This document shows positions 43,183 to 49,755 of a stretch of DNA of 64,000 nt, piece by piece; within the stretch, counting starts at the first letter, position 1, and each line of letters opens with the position of its first letter. Location of the stretch: assembly GCA_963753835.1 (NCBI GenBank), contig CAVWDP010000002.1, positions 611,578-675,577 of the forward strand. Reading direction: 5' to 3'. The stretch is from an uncultured Bacteroidales bacterium (GTDB taxonomy: Bacteria > Bacteroidota > Bacteroidia > Bacteroidales > B18-G4). The notes beneath the pieces are model-generated. The model was not told where the DNA came from. It ran no database searches and saw nothing but the letters and a program-made list of their open reading frames with translations. The position numbers were made by a program, and so were the translations under genes.

Positions 43183-43827
43183 TCATGTATTGATATCCTT
43201 AGCATCTTCCAGGGGATGTTCTCCATCCAATGAGCTAATATTATCCAGGGCCAGTACTTCTTTTATTTCGCGTATGCTGAATACGCCGGCTTTCATATCG
43301 CGTAGTTCTTTGATCCCTCTTCGCCAGATAAACCTTCCATCGTTTCCACTTGCCCGCAGGCCAACAGCCGCCAGGGCGCCAATGATCCCTTCATGATTGC
43401 CGGTAAATCCCTTCAAATAAATATTTGTTTGCTTTGCCAACGCCGTGGCATTATACATATTCAGGACTTTGATCTTGGCTGCCAGTCCCCAATCGATAAT
43501 TTGTTCGTTTACCCCGTCAAATGAGGCAACACAGAGTCCTGCATCAGAACCTGGGGCGCTATATGCAGTTAGATGATCAGCACACAAATCCGTCACAGCA
43601 TTTACATTACTGCACATGAGGTTGATGCAGGCTGAACTGTTCTGAGAAGTGTACCTTATGGCCGGGTCAACAAATAGCTGGTGTCTCGTGATTCCGCTCA
43701 CCTTGCCCATATTTGTTGCTTCCAGTTTGTGGGCGAGTTGCCGGGCCAGGAACCCGGTACCCCGGCTGTTGGCATTATCAGTGTCATCGATGCCTATCAA
43801 CAGATTTATGTAGTTGTCATGATCCAT
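43183..43827 (-). CDS. Stand-alone TiaS N-terminal (DUF1743 / TCKD-like) domain protein
   Basis: 214 aa from ATG 43827. LIGIDDTDNANSRGTGFLA and GIIGALAAVG resemble, as I recall them, the GIDDTDS...GMCTTYLA and GLIGALAAVG motifs of archaeal tRNA-Ile2 agmatidine synthetase TiaS. Confidence 0.55.
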   Translation of the reverse strand: MDHDNYINLLIGIDDTDNANSRGTGFLARQLAHKLEATNMGKVSGITRHQLFVDPAIRYTSQNSSACINLMCSNVNAVTDLCADHLTAYSAPGSDAGLCVASFDGVNEQIIDWGLAAKIKVLNMYNATALAKQTNIYLKGFTGNHEGIIGALAAVGLRASGNDGRFIWRRGIKELRDMKAGVFSIREIKEVLALDNISSLDGEHPLEDAKDINT

Positions 43828-43840
43828 CCGGCAAGCCTGA

Positions 43841-44221
43841 TTACTGGTTTTCCATTTTCTTTTTAAGTTCCAGATAAGCTTCTTCAACTGCATCATCCAG
43901 CTTTTGCTGAAGGGCTGCATAAGCTTCAAGCAGTTTCAAAGCAGCCGGAGTCAACAATGATTGTCCACCTTCCTTTCCACCCCTTGTTTTTTCGGTTAGA
44001 TCATATCCCAGCAATGTTTCTGCCTTTTTCAGGTCACCCCAGGCCTTACGGTAACTGATGCCTGTATCTTCTGCAGCAGATTTCAGGGAACCCTTATCCC
44101 TGACCCCAAGAAGCAATGCATACACCTCTTCTGAGATGATACCCTCACCACTCATGGATGACAACCATAGCTTGTAGTTCAGCAGTACGTTAAAACGATT
44201 TGATTTACCTCTTTTACCCAT
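43841..44221 (-). CDS. ModE N-terminal-domain (wHTH) regulator lacking Mop/TOBE domains
   Basis: GSLKSAAEDTGISYRKAWGDLKKAE...EKTRGGKEGGQSLLTPAALKLL parallels E. coli ModE GSISQGAKDAGISYKSAWDAI...ERATGGKGGGGAVLT. The C-terminus is a short coiled-coil-like tail. Confidence 0.75.
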   Translation of the reverse strand: MGKRGKSNRFNVLLNYKLWLSSMSGEGIISEEVYALLLGVRDKGSLKSAAEDTGISYRKAWGDLKKAETLLGYDLTEKTRGGKEGGQSLLTPAALKLLEAYAALQQKLDDAVEEAYLELKKKMENQ

Positions 44222-44241
44222 TTTGAATACAATCTTGATGT

Positions 44242-44266
44242 CGTTATGCAAAGATATACATATCGG
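44242..44266. promoter_or_regulatory. ModE-box-like dyad, site 1
   Basis: cGTTATGCA-aagata-TACATATCgg. 9-6-9 architecture. 19 of 22 positions are identical to site 2. Confidence 0.55.
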
Positions 44267-44270
44267 CAGG

Positions 44271-44278
44271 CAAATTTA
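44271..44278 (-). promoter_or_regulatory. -7 box TAAATTTG (minus strand) for the modE-like operon
   Basis: caaattta on the plus strand. The dyad lies between this box and the ATG at 44221. Confidence 0.4.
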
Positions 44279-44402
44279 TAAAAAGACGAATACACACAAA
44301 AGCAAAGAAGGTTTTTTTATTCAGAAAATTATAGTGCTTACCATTGAACATTGTACACATTTATATGTTGTTAGGGTAATACCATCACGAAAACCTCGTA
44401 AA

Positions 44403-44897
44403 ATGAAAAAGATATTCAAGATCATAGCAGTGTTTGTCCTGGCAGGATTTATAAATATAGCTGCCTTTGCACATTGTGAAGTACCCTGTGGGATTTATAC
44501 GGACCATCTGCGCATTGAATTGATCAAAGAGCACATCATGACTATTGAGAAAGCCATGATCCAGATTGAGACATTGTCTTCAGAAGAAGAGATTAACTAT
44601 AACCAGCTTGTCAGGTGGATCGATACCAAGGAGCATCATGCCAACCTCATACAGGAAATAGCAGAGCAATATTTCATGACTCAGCGAATCAAACCAGTTG
44701 ACCCCGAAAATGAAGAAGCGTATAATAAATATATTGCCCAGCTGACACTGGCGCATGAGATGCTGATCTACTCGATGAAGACCAAGCAGTCGACGGATCT
44801 CAAATACACAGAGAAATTAAGTGCCACTGTAGATAAGTTCGCGGAAGCTTACTTTGGTCCTGAAGACCAGAAACACCTTCAGGAACACAAGCACTAA
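44403..44897 (+). CDS. sodN: Nickel superoxide dismutase with Sec-type signal peptide
   Basis: Ni-hook HCEVPCGIY (His1, Cys2, Cys6, Tyr9) follows directly after MKKIFKIIAVFVLAGFINIAAFA. The upstream extension to 44223 in the track ORF is rejected. Confidence 0.85.
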   Translation: MKKIFKIIAVFVLAGFINIAAFAHCEVPCGIYTDHLRIELIKEHIMTIEKAMIQIETLSSEEEINYNQLVRWIDTKEHHANLIQEIAEQYFMTQRIKPVDPENEEAYNKYIAQLTLAHEMLIYSMKTKQSTDLKYTEKLSATVDKFAEAYFGPEDQKHLQEHKH

Positions 44898-44977
44898 AGC
44901 ATAGTCTGATCACTCAGATTATTTTTGGTTTTGTTTGATTCTAAAAGGGCCGACGGGAGTTGGTCCTTTTTTTTATA

Positions 44978-45130
44978 AACCCTAAATCCTAATACCTAAA
45001 CTCTAAACAAAATTCAAGGTCAAAATTCCAATTGACCTCATCTCCTAAATCCCCTCATCTAAAAGAGAGGGGGACTTTTTTAGAATTTAAATAATTTGAG
45101 CTTGTTTCGAATTTAGAGATTAGGACTTAG
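44978..45130. repeat. Inverted pair of CCTAA..TCTAAA..(T)CGAAACAA..TTCAA(A) family repeats flanking a hairpin
   Basis: Left arm 44978-45035. Right arm 45096-45130 in inverse orientation. Central CCCCTC-atctaaaaga-GAGGGG followed by a T-run. The same family occurs at 3288-3350 and 6771-6835. Confidence 0.6.
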
Positions 45131-45137
45131 TATTTTC

Positions 45138-47294
45138 CTATTCCTGGTGTGGTTTAACTACTTCAATCACTTCCGGCAGGTCCATCCCAAGTTTTTCAAG
45201 GTGTGAAATTTTAGGAACACCATTCTTTGTCCATCCCCTGCGCGTGTATACAGCATCAAGCAGTTTTTCATACTGAGATTCCCTGTATTCCCTCATGATG
45301 GCTTTCTTTTCAGCAGTAGTTTTGCCTTCCGGATCAACACCAAGGATCTCTTTCAATTGTTTGTCGTAGCGTTCTGCCCTTGATTCGTATTCTTCATCTG
45401 TTACAGGTCCTGCAGCACGATATGGCTGAGCATCAAACTCCCTGGTTCCATACCCTCTCCTGAGGTTGAAAATCCTTTGGAAGTTATATACACGTTCCGA
45501 CATGGTGATCATTTCTTCCTTACTGAAAGGTTTATCCGTGACAGCAGTGTATATGGTCACATAGTTGTCGACATGCTCAGGCACCTTTGCAGGCTCATCT
45601 GTTTCAGCATTATTTTCCGGTTCAACATCGTTCCATGGAAGTTTACATAAACCAACCAGACCGAACCAGGTACGGAACATCGGGAAGTAATGTAATGCTT
45701 CTGCTTTATCTTCAAAAGTAGGGATCTGGTTATTCACCATGTCCATGAAAATGAGCCAGGCTTCATCATGCTGAGGCCCTTTGTTGGTCATTGCAAAACC
45801 TCCCTGTTGGGCGAGAGATTCCTTGGAAACATATTCTGAGTATTCCAGGCCCTTATTTTCCATTCCAATGTCCTGGAGGAAATCGGCCTCACCCCATCCT
45901 TTTTCAATGAACATTTCTTTCATCTTGCGAACTCCAAGCCCGGCAACCAGGCCAAAGCCTTCGCCGCGGGCAAGCATGTGCAACAATTCCATTGCTGAGT
46001 CAGCATTACCAAAGTTGAGTTTCAGTCCACCGGTCCGCTCTTCATTCAGGATGCCGCTCTCGTAACATTCCATAATAAAGGCAAGCAATGTACCCCAGGT
46101 AATGGTGCAAATACCATAAGTATCGCAATAGAAGTTTGCTTCAATAACATAGTCGGGATTGAAGATCCCGCAATTGGAGCCCAGGCCACCGGCATTTTCA
46201 TATTCTGGTCCGTCAACGATCACTTGTTGCCCGGCATAAGGACCTGTTCTTACCAGATATTCATCCACTCCCTTTGCACAGGCCATATTACAGCCAATCC
46301 AGCATCCATCGGGTATGCCCTGGGTAAAGCGTGCCTTCCAAACGTCTCCATGGATGGCGTCGGCTTCAGGATGGCTTCCGAACTTATAATTGTGTACAGG
46401 AAGCAGGTCGTAATCATTCATAATATTAACGAGGTGGGCTGTACCTTTAGTCCTCATTTCGGCCTGATCGTCATCAAGTTCACGCATCTCCTTATTGAAG
46501 GTCTTTCCCCTTTCCATGATGGCCTGCAGGTCTTTCACATCATTCAGGTTACCCTTTACACCCGGAATCCGGCAAACGATGGCCTTGATCTTCTTGTCGC
46601 GGAAAACAGTTCCAATGCCACCACGGCCGGCTTGTTTCAGCCTTACTTTCTTCCGTTTAGGATCGTAGAAGCTAAAATTGAGCATCCCGATCAATGAGTT
46701 TCCGGCAGCAGCACCCGTTGAAACCACAGCAATATTTTTCTTGTCTCTGTCATCAACAGCATACATCTCTGTCAACACCTCAACAAGCTCATGGCTATCC
46801 ATGGGCTCCAGCGGTGCTTCAAAGATCTCCACACTGTGATCGACACCGTCGATATAGATCATGATGTCTTTTTCAGCTTTTCCCTGCAATTCAATGGCAT
46901 CAAAGCCTGAGAATTTGAGGAAAGGCCCAAAGAATCCGCCAACATTGCTATCAATTGGAATGTTGGTTTGGGGAGAAATGGAAACACAAATAGATTTTCC
47001 TGATCCTGAGTACTGGGTGATCCCGCCAATTGGGCCGGACGAGATATTGATTTCGTTTTCCGGGTCATTCCACTTAGTATCCGGTTTTGTGCCGTCCCAC
47101 AAAAGCCGTAATCCATAACCCTTTCCACCTATGAACTTCTCTTTCATCTCGGCAGGAACTGCCTTTTCCTTGATCTCATTATCAGAAACATTAATGTAGA
47201 GGGTCTTGTCATTATAGCCCCTGAAAATTGGTTTCCATTCATATGACCATTTCGCCAGTGTTTTGTGGGCGTTTTTCATTTCCTCGATATTCAT
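45138..47294 (-). CDS. aor: Aldehyde:ferredoxin oxidoreductase family (tungsto/molybdopterin) enzyme, long YdhV-like form
   Basis: 718 aa. AOR N-domain (GGKGYGLRLLW), Cys cluster DGCWIGCNMAC, and a large pterin-binding C-terminal region. Confidence 0.8.
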   Translation of the reverse strand: MNIEEMKNAHKTLAKWSYEWKPIFRGYNDKTLYINVSDNEIKEKAVPAEMKEKFIGGKGYGLRLLWDGTKPDTKWNDPENEINISSGPIGGITQYSGSGKSICVSISPQTNIPIDSNVGGFFGPFLKFSGFDAIELQGKAEKDIMIYIDGVDHSVEIFEAPLEPMDSHELVEVLTEMYAVDDRDKKNIAVVSTGAAAGNSLIGMLNFSFYDPKRKKVRLKQAGRGGIGTVFRDKKIKAIVCRIPGVKGNLNDVKDLQAIMERGKTFNKEMRELDDDQAEMRTKGTAHLVNIMNDYDLLPVHNYKFGSHPEADAIHGDVWKARFTQGIPDGCWIGCNMACAKGVDEYLVRTGPYAGQQVIVDGPEYENAGGLGSNCGIFNPDYVIEANFYCDTYGICTITWGTLLAFIMECYESGILNEERTGGLKLNFGNADSAMELLHMLARGEGFGLVAGLGVRKMKEMFIEKGWGEADFLQDIGMENKGLEYSEYVSKESLAQQGGFAMTNKGPQHDEAWLIFMDMVNNQIPTFEDKAEALHYFPMFRTWFGLVGLCKLPWNDVEPENNAETDEPAKVPEHVDNYVTIYTAVTDKPFSKEEMITMSERVYNFQRIFNLRRGYGTREFDAQPYRAAGPVTDEEYESRAERYDKQLKEILGVDPEGKTTAEKKAIMREYRESQYEKLLDAVYTRRGWTKNGVPKISHLEKLGMDLPEVIEVVKPHQE

Positions 47295-47330
47295 ATTTTA
47301 TGCTGTTTTAGTGATTTGTACAAGAGAAAA

Positions 47331-47338
47331 CAAAAATA
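47331..47338 (-). promoter_or_regulatory. -7 box TATTTTTG (minus strand) for aor
   Basis: caaaaata on the plus strand, 36 nt upstream of the ATG at 47294. Confidence 0.4.
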
Positions 47339-47381
47339 TTAATTTAAAGCTATCATCTTCCTTAAATTACTTTCTAAAAAA

Positions 47382-47407
47382 CTGATATGCAAACAAATGC
47401 ATATCGG
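47382..47407. promoter_or_regulatory. ModE-box-like dyad, site 2
   Basis: ctGATATGCA-aacaaa-TGCATATCgg. Perfect 8-bp inverted repeat with a 6-nt spacer. Confidence 0.55.
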
Positions 47408-47469
47408 TTGATGAGTGATAAAACCCTATCTTATACTTGGTTATGTGTAGTTTAGACGGTATATAAATT

Positions 47470-47497
47470 AGTCACCCTTCGACTTCGCTCAGGATGA
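47470..47497 (+). repeat. Solo copy of the CTTCGACTTCGCTC(A/G)GGATGAC REP-like motif
   Basis: gtcacccttcgacttcgctcaggatgac, compared with 49701-27, 53437-60, the inverse of 53556-79, and the inverse of 35-60. Confidence 0.75.
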
Positions 47498-47501
47498 CAA
47501 T

Positions 47502-47562
47502 CGGTTGATTTAGTTGAACTGCTTAAATTAGTACCCTAGTTCAACAAGTTTAACCAATTCAA
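47502..47562. repeat. Imperfect inverted repeat GGTTGATTTAGTTGAAC / GTTCAACAAGTTTAACC plus an aaccaattcaac word
   Basis: Arms at 47502-18 and 47538-54 match at 13 of 17 positions as an inverted repeat. The 12-mer at 47551-62 is identical to 14613-24. Confidence 0.55.
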
Positions 47563-47582
47563 CAATTTCACCAACAAAGCTT

Positions 47583-47590
47583 TATATTTG
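47583..47590 (+). promoter_or_regulatory. -7 box TATATTTG upstream of the thiF-like gene
   Basis: TAnnTTTG 9 nt upstream of the ATG at 47600. Confidence 0.45.
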
Positions 47591-47599
47591 TAAAGGATT

Positions 47600-48184
47600 A
47601 TGATATTGCAGGAAATAAAAAATAAACTGAAGGACAAGGTTGTAGGCATTGCAGGTTGTGGTGGACTTGGTTCTAATGCTGCCATAGCACTGGCTCGATC
47701 TGGCATTGGAAAGCTTGTTTTGGCTGATTTCGACAGGGTTGAACAGGCCAACCTAAATCGCCAGTACTTTTTCAGGGAGCAGCTTGGTGAATTTAAGGCT
47801 GAAGCCTTACGGGATAATATCCTTAGGATTGATCAGCATGTAAGTGTAGAAACACATGTGCTTAACCTTGAACCTGACAGTATAGTCACATTCTTTGCTG
47901 ATTGTGATGTGATTGTGGAGGCCTTTGATGTGGATATTGCAAAACAGATGATCATTGAAACAGTCCTGGCAGATATGCCTGATAAATATATAATCTCAGG
48001 GCAGGGAGTAGCCGGATATGGGAATAATGAAGAGATCAAAACGCAAAGGTTGGGGAAGTTGATCATTGTAGGAGATGGGGAAACGGAAGTTTCGGAAAAT
48101 AAACCACCTTTGGGTCCCAAAGTGGCAGCCATTGCAAATATGCAGGCCAACATTGTGCTGGAGATCCTGCTTAATGGAGAGTAG
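47600..48184 (+). CDS. thiF: Short ThiF-family (E1-like) sulfur-carrier adenylyltransferase
   Basis: 194 aa. GCGGLGSN nucleotide loop, NLNRQ, EAFD...K, and a C-terminal PKVAAIANMQAN, as in the roughly 200-aa ThiF family. Confidence 0.75.
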   Translation: MILQEIKNKLKDKVVGIAGCGGLGSNAAIALARSGIGKLVLADFDRVEQANLNRQYFFREQLGEFKAEALRDNILRIDQHVSVETHVLNLEPDSIVTFFADCDVIVEAFDVDIAKQMIIETVLADMPDKYIISGQGVAGYGNNEEIKTQRLGKLIIVGDGETEVSENKPPLGPKVAAIANMQANIVLEILLNGE

Positions 48185-48185
48185 T

Positions 48186-48389
48186 ATGGAAATTTTACTG
48201 AACAACCGCAACGAAAATATTGATAGGGGAGAGATCACACTGGAAGAACTCATCCAGCACAAGAATTTTACTTTCAAATTACTTGTCACCAAAGTTAACG
48301 GTCGACTGGTAAAGAAGGATGACAGGGGGACTTTCATCATCCGGGAAGGGGATGAGGTGAATGTGCTGCATATGATATCAGGGGGATGA
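48186..48389 (+). CDS. thiS: ThiS/MoaD-type sulfur-carrier protein
   Basis: 67 aa ending in ...VLHMISGG (C-terminal Gly-Gly). Its ATG lies 1 nt after the thiF-like stop. Confidence 0.75.
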   Translation: MEILLNNRNENIDRGEITLEELIQHKNFTFKLLVTKVNGRLVKKDDRGTFIIREGDEVNVLHMISGG

Positions 48390-48425
48390 TAGCTGATATC
48401 TGATAGCTGATATCTGATATTTGAA
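48387..48425. repeat. Stutter repeat (gatagctgatatct units)
   Basis: gatagctgatatctgatagctgatatctgatatttg. The 13-mer ctgatatctgata recurs inverted at 53617-53629. Confidence 0.75.
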
Positions 48426-48458
48426 GTAATATTAAATTTACTATTCTGATAACTGAGA

Positions 48459-49676
48459 TCAGAGAACCTCGGCTACGACAAACGTACTACCGGCAACAAA
48501 AACCAGATCATCTTTCTTTGCATGCTTCAGTGCAGAATTATATGCCTCTTTTACACTTTGAAACGTTTCTCCACGCAGCTTAAACTTACCTGCTTTTTCT
48601 CTTAGTTCCTGTACATCCATCCCCCGGGGGATGTCGGCTTTGCAGAAATAGTATGTTGCCGAAGGGGGGAGAAGTTCGAGCACAGGCTCCACATTTTTAT
48701 CGGCAACCATACCTAAAACAAAATGAAGATGCTGATGCGGGGTTTGATCGATCAACTTGAGCAATTCGCTGATCCCATCCCGGTTGTGGCCGATATCGCA
48801 AATGGCAAGGGGTTTGCTTTGGAGGACCTGCCAGCGTCCCTGGAGACCTGTATTGCTCACAGTATTACTGATACCGGCCTGAATTTGGGCTTCATTGATA
48901 TTGAACCCCAGATCTTTCAGTGAATGAATGGCACATACAGCAGTTTTGGTATTTCTATTTTGCCATTCACCGGATAAAGCAGGTTTGATTTCTATAAGAT
49001 TTTCCTGGTCGGCAAAAATGAGGCTTGTTTCTGCTTTTTTAGCCCGATCAATAAATACTTGCTTAACCTCCTGTTGTGTTTCCCCAATAATGGCCGGAAT
49101 GCCGGCTTTGATGATGGCTGCCTTCTCAGTGGCTATCTTTTCAAGCGTATTGCCCAGGAATTGTGTATGGTCATAGCCAATATTTGTGATCACTGATAAC
49201 AATGGGTTTATTACATTGCTAGAATCAAGTCGGCCACCCATACCGGTCTCAATCACGGCAATATCAACTTCCTCCTGCCTGAAATAGTCAAAGGCCATGC
49301 CAATGGTCATTTCAAAAAATGATAACCCAATCCCACTAAATGCATCTTTATATGCTTCTATAAAATCGACCACTTGTTGCTCAGGGATCATCCGGCCATT
49401 CACACGGATCCTTTCCCTGAAGTCTTTCAAGTGAGGGGAGGTATACAGGCCGGTTTTATATCCGGCCTCCTGCAGTACTGAGGCGATCATGTGCGAGACA
49501 GATCCTTTTCCATTTGTTCCGGCAATATGCACTGATTTGAACGATTTTTCAGGATTCCCAAGTAGTTCACATAGCTCGATGGTATTTGACAAATCAGCTT
49601 TGTATGCAGCCGGCCCGATGCGTTGAAACATGGGCAATTGGGTGAACATATATTCCAGGGTTTGCTGGTAATCCAT
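48459..49676 (-). CDS. folC: Folylpolyglutamate synthase / dihydrofolate synthase
   Basis: 405 aa. HIAGTNGKGS P-loop, Mur-ligase central and C-terminal domains. Confidence 0.9.
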   Translation of the reverse strand: MDYQQTLEYMFTQLPMFQRIGPAAYKADLSNTIELCELLGNPEKSFKSVHIAGTNGKGSVSHMIASVLQEAGYKTGLYTSPHLKDFRERIRVNGRMIPEQQVVDFIEAYKDAFSGIGLSFFEMTIGMAFDYFRQEEVDIAVIETGMGGRLDSSNVINPLLSVITNIGYDHTQFLGNTLEKIATEKAAIIKAGIPAIIGETQQEVKQVFIDRAKKAETSLIFADQENLIEIKPALSGEWQNRNTKTAVCAIHSLKDLGFNINEAQIQAGISNTVSNTGLQGRWQVLQSKPLAICDIGHNRDGISELLKLIDQTPHQHLHFVLGMVADKNVEPVLELLPPSATYYFCKADIPRGMDVQELREKAGKFKLRGETFQSVKEAYNSALKHAKKDDLVFVAGSTFVVAEVL

Positions 49677-49680
49677 ACCG

Positions 49681-49688
49681 CAAAGATA
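49681..49688 (-). promoter_or_regulatory. -7 box TATCTTTG (minus strand) abutting the folC ATG
   Basis: caaagata on the plus strand. Only 4 nt separate the box from the ATG at 49676. Confidence 0.4.
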
Positions 49689-49700
49689 ATTATGAATTAT

Positions 49701-49727
49701 GGATCCTTCGACTTCGCTCAGGATAAG
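49701..49727 (+). repeat. Solo copy of the CTTCGACTTCGCTCAGGAT REP-like motif
   Basis: ggatccttcgacttcgctcaggataag. Confidence 0.7.
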
Positions 49728-49755
49728 TTTTGGGTGTTGAGTGTTGGGTGTTGGA

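Noticed and set aside
43828-43929. Upstream extension of the TCKD-like ORF overlapping the modE-like gene
   Set aside because: It would overlap the 3' end of the modE-like CDS by about 90 nt. ATG 43827 (MDHDNY...) lies 13 nt after that gene's stop and just precedes the conserved GIDDTD motif.
43118-44402. Cobalamin or other riboswitch controlling the TBDR operon
   Set aside because: The leader regions are short (13-65 nt between genes, about 50 nt from the -7 box to the first ATG). They lack B12-box-like sequence.
44223-44402. N-terminal extension of the sodN ORF (track start 44223)
   Set aside because: The extension overlaps the divergent promoter and operator region and lacks protein-like composition. 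The internal ATG at 44403 gives a canonical signal peptide directly followed by the Ni-hook.
47295-47599. TPP riboswitch upstream of the thiF-like gene, or Moco riboswitch upstream of aor
   Set aside because: I could not find the conserved TPP core (CUGAGA ... ACCUGAUCUGGAUAAUGCCAGCG-like) or a Moco-motif-like GC-rich multi-stem on either strand. The region is AT-rich and explained by promoter boxes, the dyad and the repeats. A covariance-model scan would be decisive.
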